64,000 bases of DNA from assembly GCA_963666345.1 (NCBI GenBank), contig OY762721.1:1632001-1696000 (forward strand). Reading direction: 5' to 3'. Both the position numbers and the translations under genes were made by a program. How positions within the stretch are numbered: position 1 is the first letter of the stretch; every line of letters begins with the position of its first letter. This document shows positions 18,726 through 27,845 of this stretch, piece by piece. The notes beneath the pieces are model-generated. The model saw only the letters and a list, made by a program, of their open reading frames with translations, was not told the DNA's origin and did no database searches. The stretch is from Desulfatiglandales bacterium (GTDB lineage Bacteria > Desulfobacterota > DSM-4660 > Desulfatiglandales > Desulfatiglandaceae).

Positions 18726-18908
18726 GGCACAGGGTCCCTTTTCTGAGGCCTTATCTCAAAAAAAAATACCACAGGCAGATACAGTGGCCGCAGACCCGGC
18801 TTTACTCCCGGATGCCCTTTCAATTCATACTTTGCTTCCAAAAGCCGGAGGGATGCGGTCACTTCTCCCAAACAAATAGATAAGGCCGGGGAAAAGGGTG
18901 CCGGCGCC
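18726..18908 (+). ncRNA. Candidate structured RNA (rod with central bubble), diverged copy of the 50.4-51.3 kb repeat core
   Basis: Nested stems CCCTTTTC/GAAAAGGG, GGCCTTATCT/AGATAAGGCC, AGTGGCCGCA/TGCGGTCACT, CCGGCTTT/AAAGCCGG; GTTACTG heptamers on both sides. Confidence 0.6.
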
Positions 18909-19103
18909 GGAGCAACAGGCCTTGTTACTGGTTACCTGCTGTTTGGAAAAACTGCAAAATGTGAAAATCGGGTTGATATTCAATCTATTATCATTAGATT
19001 ATTTGAACGGCCCTTATCCGTGATTCACCAATAAGAATCGGGATGGTCAGGCCGGCAAATATTGTCTTTTCAGCACACTACCGTTAAGTTCAGGAGTAAA
19101 GCC

Positions 19104-19400
19104 ATGGCCGTGAAGATATCTGCTTCGGCAAAAAGATATATGGATGAAAGGGGCATCAGGGATGTGACCTTTAAACTCATGCATTACAGGCCCGCAGGGT
19201 GTTGCGTCGGGATAGTAAAGGAAATCGAGGCGCACCATCAAGCCCCTTCCAATGCCTGCAATTTCAGATATTTCCATATTGACGGCTACCATCTGTTCAT
19301 ATCAAGGGCGATCAAGGTGCTGGGACCCCTTGAACTCAGACTGCAAGGCTTCTGGAATATGAAACGCCTCGCGCTCAAGGGCGCGGGCATACCATTATGA
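19104..19400 (+). CDS. Small HesB/IscA-like-fold protein with GCC motif (CC/Se-motif-like)
   Basis: AGGAG RBS; MAVKISASAKRYM...AGCCVG...FHIDGYHLFI; family assignment by pattern only. Confidence 0.65.
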   Translation: MAVKISASAKRYMDERGIRDVTFKLMHYRPAGCCVGIVKEIEAHHQAPSNACNFRYFHIDGYHLFISRAIKVLGPLELRLQGFWNMKRLALKGAGIPL

Positions 19401-19491
19401 ATTCGATTGAAGGTAAAGACCTCTTTTGCTATTGTCTGAGCACAAAATATTGTCTTAAAGATGTGATGAGTTTTTCAGGAAAGGAGAAGAG

Positions 19492-19713
19492 ATGTTTGAT
19501 GAGATAGAGACGTTGACCATAAGGGCGAACATAGAAATAACACCAAGGGCACTTGAGGCGATAGTTGAAAACAGCAAAAAGATCGCCGGAAAAAATGAAA
19601 ACGGGATATTTACGGTGGATACCGCGGAAAAGGCCAGTGAGATGATTACCCGTTTTCTGATAGAAAAAGACTTCGAAGGGTATGTCGAAGATATAGAAAA
19701 TTTTGAGAAATAG
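19492..19713 (+). CDS. Hypothetical 73-aa protein
   Basis: AAGGAG RBS, protein-like composition, followed by a terminator. Confidence 0.75.
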   Translation: MFDEIETLTIRANIEITPRALEAIVENSKKIAGKNENGIFTVDTAEKASEMITRFLIEKDFEGYVEDIENFEK

Positions 19714-19767
19714 CCGCAACTAAAAAAAGCAGGTTTCAGATTTACCTGTCAGAGCGGCAAAAGATAT

Positions 19768-19798
19768 GGCCCGGGCAAAACTTGCCCGGGCCCTTTTT
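19768..19798. terminator. Intrinsic terminator between convergent genes
   Basis: GGCCCGGGCAA-aac-TTGCCCGGGCC followed by CTTTTT. Confidence 0.8.
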
Positions 19799-19841
19799 AT
19801 CGAAGTTCATACCCGGTTATATGGACCGGTTTTCCTTGATA

Positions 19842-21212
<1,371 letters not shown>

Positions 21213-22379
21213 TTACTTAACCGCCTTTTTCAGGGTATCGGCCATGTCGGTCTTTTCCCATGTGAATTCAGGGAGCTCCCTTCCGAAATGGCCGTAATTG
21301 GTCGTCCTGCCGTAGATGGGTCTCAGCAGGTCGAGCGTCTCTATAATAGCCGCCGGTCTCAGATCGAATTCCTTTTTAACTATCTCCGTCAGCTCCTGGC
21401 TGGAGACGACCCCCGTGCTGTATGCACCGACAAGGACCGAAACGGGTTCCGCACGACCGATCGTGTAGGCGACCTGTATCTCACATTTCTCGGCCAGACC
21501 CGCCGCTACAATGTTCTTTGCAATGTAGCGGCACATATAGGAGGCGCTGCGGTCCACCTTGGAGGGGTCTTTGCCTGAAAACGCGCCGCCGCCGTGGTAG
21601 CCGAAGCCGCCGTAAGTATCCATTATGATCTTTCGGCCGGTCAGCCCGCAGTCTCCCAGGGGCCCGCCCACGACGAAGCGGCCCGTGGTATTGATAAAAT
21701 ACTGGGTGCCCTTATCGAGCATATGCTCAGGTATCACATCCCTTATGACCTCCTCGATTATCGCCTCTTTTAGCGTATCGTAATCGACCTCAGGGCTATG
21801 CTGGGCAGCGATTACCACGGTATGGACCCTAACAGGCCTGCCGTCTGCATATTCCACGGTCACCTGGGATTTTCCGTCCGGCCTCAGCCAGGGAAGCTGC
21901 CCGGATTTACGGACATGGGCAAGTTTTCTGGTCAATCCGTGGGCAAGGTATATCGGCATCGGCATGAGGCTTTCCGTGTCATTACAGGCATATCCGAACA
22001 TAAGACCCTGATCGCCTGCGCCCTGTTCCTTGAAAAGACCGTTTCCTTCGTTGACCCCCTGGGCAATGTCGGGGGATTGCTTGTCGATCGTGGATAAAAC
22101 CGCGCATGTCTCCCAGTCAAAACCCATGGAAGAATTCTTGTAGCCGATACCTTTGATGGTTTCCCTGACCACATCAGGCATGTCCACGTAAGCGTCCGTG
22201 GTGATCTCCCCTGCGATTATAGCCATTCCCGTCGTAACAAGTGTCTCACATGCAACCCTTGCCTTTAAGTCATACTCCAGTATCCTGTCCAGGATATTGT
22301 CGGAAATCTGATCCGCCACCTTATCAGGGTGACCCTCTGTAACCGATTCAGAGGTAAAAAGAAAATTTGATGATTTCAT
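21213..22379 (-). CDS. metK: S-adenosylmethionine synthetase
   Basis: [34 protein letters not shown]. Confidence 0.99.
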   Translation of the reverse strand: MKSSNFLFTSESVTEGHPDKVADQISDNILDRILEYDLKARVACETLVTTGMAIIAGEITTDAYVDMPDVVRETIKGIGYKNSSMGFDWETCAVLSTIDKQSPDIAQGVNEGNGLFKEQGAGDQGLMFGYACNDTESLMPMPIYLAHGLTRKLAHVRKSGQLPWLRPDGKSQVTVEYADGRPVRVHTVVIAAQHSPEVDYDTLKEAIIEEVIRDVIPEHMLDKGTQYFINTTGRFVVGGPLGDCGLTGRKIIMDTYGGFGYHGGGAFSGKDPSKVDRSASYMCRYIAKNIVAAGLAEKCEIQVAYTIGRAEPVSVLVGAYSTGVVSSQELTEIVKKEFDLRPAAIIETLDLLRPIYGRTTNYGHFGRELPEFTWEKTDMADTLKKAVK

Positions 22380-22514
22380 TGTCCCTCTCCTTTCAAAACA
22401 AAAATTATTCCGCCCTCCCTGCAGGGGAAGGCCTTGGTGTTAAGATTTTAGGTTCTTCTCCAACCTAGTTGTCGAAGAGGGTCCAAGGACCCAAGGATTC
22501 AAGGATTCAAGGGT

Positions 22515-22865
22515 TTTCTTTCCAGGGATCATCGCTTTGGACATTGCCCCGACATCCCTATTTCCCTTCTTAATCTCTGAAGCCGCTCTTCTTTCAAATA
22601 ACCCAGGTCAGCTGATGTCATGTCCCGGGTTTCCAATTCACAGGCTGAACCATATGCAATAAAGAAAAATTGCATATGCTCTATAGCCGTTTTTCTCCCA
22701 TACCCTCAGGCGGTATCCCTTGATACGAAAACAGCGGATCTTCTGATTCGGGAGGTAAAACAGTATTGCTCATCTTTAAAAAAACATTTCGTTTCTTTAA
22801 ACATATGCAAACAAGGTGTATACAATTTTTGCCGAACGTTTAACTGCCTATGATCTTTAAGCTTT
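22515..22865 (-). pseudogene. Degenerate four-helix-bundle gene
   Basis: Manual translation: KLKDHRQLNVRQK...FFKDEQYCFTSRIRRSAVFVSRDTA*GYGRKT...FIAYGSACELETR...DLGYL; in-frame TGA at 22706-22708, lost start, 3' frameshift; inverted octamer arrays at 22478-22513 and 22869-22894. Confidence 0.8.
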
Positions 22866-23145
22866 TCACTCGAACCCGCGGCCCCTTGACCCCTCCAAAC
22901 CGGGAACCCGCTGCGAAGCAGTGGGACTGAGCTGAGCTAAGCGAGGGCGAAGAATCCTTCATTTAGACCAACTCTTTTGGAGATGATCCAGATTTTAAAG
23001 GCATACAAGCACCGTCCGCGCAACATGAAATCGGCCCTCGCCCCTGTTCCCGACCTACAACCGGGCACCGGGGGTTTCAAGGCGCCGAGGAACCGCGAGT
23101 AAAAAGTATGGCCTGTATGATTTCCCGGTGGTGAATCAGGGTAAA

Positions 23146-24066
23146 TCATGCCTTCCGGGACAGGTAAAAGATCGCCTTCAGTCCCTTTTTAAGGTCAAAG
23201 CGGGCAGATTCCTGAATCGTGTAGCCCGCCCCCGTCAGCCAGCCCTCTATCTCCTTTTTTGTGAAACCGAGCCAGCGGTCTCCGTAGCGGCTCCGCATCG
23301 ACTCAAGATTATGTTTTTCAAGATCCACGATGGCCAGATAGCCGCTGTCCCTGATAACCCGGAAGCTCTCGACTATGCCGGAGGCAGGTTCAGGCAGGTG
23401 GTGGAGCACCATGTTTATTACCGCGCAATCTGCTTCCCCGTCCCTCATGGGCAGATGTTCGAGCTGGCCTATCCTCAGGTCTATCCTGTCATCACTTCCG
23501 GTAAATCTAAGCTCCGCCTTTTTCAGCATCTCAGGGGAGTTGTCCACACCTATAACCTTTTCCGCACTGCCCAGAAGCGGCGGGAGAAGATCACCCGTTC
23601 CGCAACCGAGGTCGACCGCCACACGGCATGGATTCAATCTCATGCCGATCTCGCCTGCCAGATCGGTGCCTCCGATTATGTCCCGTTTAATCGAATCCCA
23701 GTCCTCGGCCATGGAATCAAAGAAACGTATCGCCCTTTTGTGGCTCTCATTTATCGCCTTCCTGGCGGCGGAGATGTCACCCTTGAGCGTCCGGCTTTCT
23801 TTGAACATATACCTGATCGAATCGATGAATCTTTTGCCTTGCCCGCTTTCCACGGCGCTGTAAAATGCCCAGAGCCCGTCGCGCCTGCAGGTGATAAGGC
23901 CGCAGTCAACAAGGATCTTCAGGTGCCTTGAGATCCTAGATTGCCCCATGGCAAGCATGTCCACCAGCTCGTTTACATTGAACTCCCTGAAAATAAGGAG
24001 ATTCAGTATCCTGACCCGGGTTTCATCCGCCAGGGCCTTGAAGTATTCAACAGGTATCATTTCCAT
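23146..24066 (-). CDS. sahR: ArsR-family regulator fused to SAM-binding methyltransferase domain (SahR-type)
   Basis: FKALADETR...QSRISRHLKIL HTH plus DLGCGTG; upstream of and co-oriented with metK-ahcY. Confidence 0.85.
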   Translation of the reverse strand: MEMIPVEYFKALADETRVRILNLLIFREFNVNELVDMLAMGQSRISRHLKILVDCGLITCRRDGLWAFYSAVESGQGKRFIDSIRYMFKESRTLKGDISAARKAINESHKRAIRFFDSMAEDWDSIKRDIIGGTDLAGEIGMRLNPCRVAVDLGCGTGDLLPPLLGSAEKVIGVDNSPEMLKKAELRFTGSDDRIDLRIGQLEHLPMRDGEADCAVINMVLHHLPEPASGIVESFRVIRDSGYLAIVDLEKHNLESMRSRYGDRWLGFTKKEIEGWLTGAGYTIQESARFDLKKGLKAIFYLSRKA

Positions 24067-24070
24067 GCCT

Positions 24071-24128
24071 ATATCAAGATATATTGATTTACTGATGCAA
24101 GATAGATAACCCGGTCATCCTTTGTCAA
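24071..24128 (-). promoter_or_regulatory. sahR promoter with candidate operator palindrome
   Basis: TTGACA-18 nt-TATCTT (24128-24099) followed by ATCAA-N6-TTGAT (24073-24088) just before the ATG. Confidence 0.65.
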
Positions 24129-24190
24129 GGGAAAAATATCGGGAAGGCTTTTTTTGAGACGTCGGGAAAAGATCAGGGCCGCGGCGGTAA

Positions 24191-25042
24191 TCAGGCAGAG
24201 CCTGAGATAACGCGGTTGTCTATTAGTCTTGTGGCACCCACTTTCACGGCCAGGGCAAGGAGATTTTTTTCACCAAGCAGGTCCATTTCTTCCAGGGTGT
24301 CGGGATCGCACAGACTCACATAGTCTATCTCTGTAAACGGATGACCCTTGATGAAGGAGGCAACAGCCTCCCTGATTTTTTCAGCGCTCCTTTCTCCCTT
24401 TTTGAACATTGCTTCCGCCATCTCAAGCGACGCGTTGAGACTCAGTGCCGATTCTCTCTCTTCCCGGGTCAGGTACTTGTTCCTTGAACTCATTGCCAGA
24501 CCGTCGGACTCCCGTACGGTAGGGACCCCTATTATCCGGATATCCATATTGAGATCCTTAACCATGCGGCTTATTACGGTAAGCTGTTGAAAGTCCTTCT
24601 GTCCGAAAACCGCCATGTCCGGTTTGACCGCGTTAAAAAGCTTGGTCACCACCGTGGTAACGCCGTCAAAGTGAACGGGCCTGGAAATTCCGCAAAGTTT
24701 TTTCGTCAGATCACTCACTTTGACACCGCTCTGAAAGCCCTGAGGGTACATGTCGTCCGCACCGGGCACAAAAAGGATATCAGTGCCCACGCCCTCAGCC
24801 TTTTCCATGTCACCTTCCATGTCGCGCGGATATTTTTCAAAATCCTCGTCAGGCCCGAACTGGGTGGGATTTACAAAGATACTGACGACAAGAATATCAC
24901 AATGTCTCTTTGCAACACGCATGAGTTCAAGGTGACCTTCGTGCAAAAAACCCATGGTGGGTACGAACCCCATGGTGTAACCTTTCAGCCTGAGCGCCTC
25001 AGCCTTTTCCTGCATAGCGTGAACAGATTCTATGACCTCCAT
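24191..25042 (-). CDS. panC: Pantoate--beta-alanine ligase
   Basis: VPTMGFLHEGH, FVNPTQF, FGQKDFQQ, GLAMSSRN, RLIDN. Confidence 0.98.
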   Translation of the reverse strand: MEVIESVHAMQEKAEALRLKGYTMGFVPTMGFLHEGHLELMRVAKRHCDILVVSIFVNPTQFGPDEDFEKYPRDMEGDMEKAEGVGTDILFVPGADDMYPQGFQSGVKVSDLTKKLCGISRPVHFDGVTTVVTKLFNAVKPDMAVFGQKDFQQLTVISRMVKDLNMDIRIIGVPTVRESDGLAMSSRNKYLTREERESALSLNASLEMAEAMFKKGERSAEKIREAVASFIKGHPFTEIDYVSLCDPDTLEEMDLLGEKNLLALAVKVGATRLIDNRVISGSA

Positions 25043-25125
25043 TAGACCTCCCGTAGGTTTAATCAAATGTTTATTTCATCCAGGCCCGGGTTATCATCAA
25101 TCGCCCAAGGCATGACTGTATTACT

Positions 25126-25986
25126 TTACCGGCCTGACTTTGCGATTTCAGGCAGAATAACCGAGCAGAGACGGAGGAACCTTTCGATATCAATGGTCTC
25201 CGCCCTTGCGCCGGGATCTATGCCGCACCTTTCAACCGCCTCAAGAAGTCCGGCTTTGCCAAGGGAGGGGAAAACAGCTGAAAGTGAATTTACCATGGTC
25301 TTTCTCCTCTGGGAAAACGCCCCCTTTACCAGTCTTCTAAAGATCTCATCATCCAATGCACGAACAGGATAGGGCCTGTTGAAATCAAGGCGCACCACCT
25401 TTGAAGCGACCTTCGGCCTGGGTGAAAATGCGGTTGCAGGCACATTGCACAGGACCTCCACATTTACGTGGTACTGTACCAGGATGGAAAGGGCACCGTA
25501 TATTTTACCCCCCGGAGCGGCGCTCAGCCTCTCCGCCACTTCGGCCTGGAACATTAGGACGGCGCTTTCAATGCTCTTTCTGTTTCGAATCAGTTTCCAG
25601 ATAACCGGAGAGGATATATTGTAGGGCAGATTGCCTATGACCTTGAGCGGTCCCGAAGACATGCCCCGGATCTCATCAAGATCCACCCTGAGGATGTCGC
25701 GGTTTATAAGCTCTACATTGTCTATGCCTTCGGAAAGAAACCTGTCTTCCAGTTCCTTTATCAGCCGGGAGTCCTTTTCCACGGCAACAATAGCCTTCAC
25801 CTGTCTTGAAAGCGGTATGGTAAGCGCTCCCATGCCCGGGCCTATCTCAAGGACCACATCATCTTTCACGTACCCGGAGCGGGAAATGATGTTACCTATG
25901 ATATTGGGGTCCATCAGAAAATTCTGACCCAGTTTCTTCTTGGGCCTGAAAGGCCGATCCGGTTTTACCGGCCCTGAAGGCGCCAT
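25126..25986 (-). CDS. rsmA: 16S rRNA dimethyladenosine transferase
   Basis: KKLGQNFL, EIGPGMG, GNLPYNIS, FSQRRK. Confidence 0.97.
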   Translation of the reverse strand: MAPSGPVKPDRPFRPKKKLGQNFLMDPNIIGNIISRSGYVKDDVVLEIGPGMGALTIPLSRQVKAIVAVEKDSRLIKELEDRFLSEGIDNVELINRDILRVDLDEIRGMSSGPLKVIGNLPYNISSPVIWKLIRNRKSIESAVLMFQAEVAERLSAAPGGKIYGALSILVQYHVNVEVLCNVPATAFSPRPKVASKVVRLDFNRPYPVRALDDEIFRRLVKGAFSQRRKTMVNSLSAVFPSLGKAGLLEAVERCGIDPGARAETIDIERFLRLCSVILPEIAKSGR

Positions 25987-26507
25987 TTTCTGTGCTCCTT
26001 CCTTTTCTTACGCCACGCCTTCGCGTATCGGAAAAGATGTATGCAGATGAAATATGAAGGTATGGACGCCGCTATGCCCATAATAAGGCCGCCAAGTATG
26101 AATGCGGCCAGGATAAAACCTCCCGCGCTCATGAGCTTCTCGGCTATTACGATTATCTCGGACCCTGAATGAACAGCCTCCATGATAGAGGAAAAGGTGG
26201 CGTTTTTCTCAGGCAGCAGCAGTAAAAACGCACCCAGCTTGTAACTGTAAAAATAGAGGAAATACCAGTTAAGGGGATTGCTGACCCATGTCCCCAGCAC
26301 GGATGTAATCTTGCTCGCCTTGAACGCGACCGCCAGGGCAAGCGCAAGGGCCGTCTGGAATGGAATTATAGGCATCATACCGGCCAGCACGCCGAATGCA
26401 ATGCCGAGCGCCAGTTCATGAGGCTCATCCCTCAAGGCAAGCAATCTCAGCAGGTAATACCTGAGCTGTCTCTGAATCTTCAATGAATCCTCACGCAACA
26501 AATCCAA
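25965..26507 (-). CDS. DUF2062-like membrane protein
   Basis: PHELALGIAFG...GTWVSNPL pattern, hydrophobic. Confidence 0.8.
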   Translation of the reverse strand: MDLLREDSLKIQRQLRYYLLRLLALRDEPHELALGIAFGVLAGMMPIIPFQTALALALAVAFKASKITSVLGTWVSNPLNWYFLYFYSYKLGAFLLLLPEKNATFSSIMEAVHSGSEIIVIAEKLMSAGGFILAAFILGGLIMGIAASIPSYFICIHLFRYAKAWRKKRKEHRKWRLQGR

Positions 26508-26548
26508 CCGGCATGTTAAAATTAAATCGACCGCCGGTATCGACTCTT

Positions 26549-27567
26549 TCAGTCGATATCCTCAATCGGGTATTTTGATCTGACATCAACGGACATTTCG
26601 GTTTCATGCCCCTCAAGGAGCCTTCTGTAACCGGCTACCGCTATCATCGCCCCGTTGTCCGTGCAATAGGAAGGCCTGGGATGGTAGATCCTTATCCCTT
26701 TGCCGGAGGCATCCTGTTTGAGGCGTTTACGCAGACGGTTGTTGCATGCCACCCCGCCCGCCACAACCACGGAATCCGTCTTCATCATCCCGGCTGCCTT
26801 AAGCACCTTGGCTACCAGCACATCTATCACAGCCTCCTGAAACGATGCGGCTATGTCGGCAAGACTCACGCCGCTGTCCGCCTCCTTATCCTTCCATTTC
26901 CTGATGAAAAGCGACACGGAAGTCTTTAGGCCGCTGAAACTGAAATCAAGGGAGTCCCTTGAAAGAAAGGCCCTGGGAAAATCTATCTTATCCACCTTTC
27001 CCTGTCTTGCAAGCTTCTCTATTACGGCTCCTCCCGGGTAGCCGAGCCGAGTATCTTGGCGACCTTGTCAAAGGCCTCACCTGCCGCATCATCGAGTGTC
27101 TGGCCCATCTGAAGATAATCACCGTATCCCTTTACATTGTAGATACTTGTATGCCCCCCGGAAACCGTCATGCATATAAAAGGAAACTCCGGCACGTCCT
27201 CTTCAAGGAATATGGACAGGATGTGGCCTTCCAGGTGATTCACGGCTGCCATCGGCAGTCCGTTCACATAGCTCATCGCCTTCGCATAATAAAGTCCCAC
27301 AAGAAGAGAACCTACAAGACCGGGACCGACCGTTACCGCAAGCCCATCAATGTCACCCATGCCTGTACCTGCCTTTGCCAGGGCCTCTTGCACTACAGGC
27401 ATGATGTTTCTGAGATGCTCCCTGGAGGCCAGTTCAGGCACTACACCCCCGTGAGGGTGATGAAGTTTTACCTGGGAGTGAACGATATTTGAAAGAATTT
27501 TTCTCCCCTCTACAACAACGGCCGCCGATGTGTCGTCACAGGAGGTATCTATTCCAAGTATATTCAT
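26549..27567 (-). CDS. tsaD: tRNA N6-threonylcarbamoyltransferase, apparent 1-nt frameshift at ~27047
   Basis: GIDTSCDDT, GGVVPELASREH, HLEGH, DDAAGEAFDK then LGYPGG...FSFSGLKT, GGVACN, TDNGAMIA in another frame. Confidence 0.95.
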
Positions 27568-27845
27568 CTGTTAACCTCTTAAAAAATGGAACCGCCTCTT
27601 AGAGCCCGGCGCGGTTCATACCGAATCATCGCCCCGCCCCCTTTTGCAATAGCGTTATAGGGGAAGCAAAGGATACCGGCCGAAAGGACCGGCGACGGAG
27701 CTAAGCGGACAGGAAATTTCAGGCACCTATCACGATCCATCAAGGAAGAGTCATCTTTCCCCAAACCGGTCCCAGGAAACAGGTTTTCCATAATGAAATC
27801 AAGGGATCTATTCTTCATGACCAGGTCAAGAATCCGGAAGACTGA

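Noticed and set aside
22380..22480. SAM riboswitch upstream of metK
   Set aside because: No SAM-I core motifs; SahR control is the simpler explanation.
22706..22708. Selenocysteine read-through of the in-frame TGA
   Set aside because: The position corresponds to a Glu, not Cys, and the gene has other lesions.
22620..22853. 77-aa plus-strand ORF
   Set aside because: Antisense shadow of the four-helix pseudogene.
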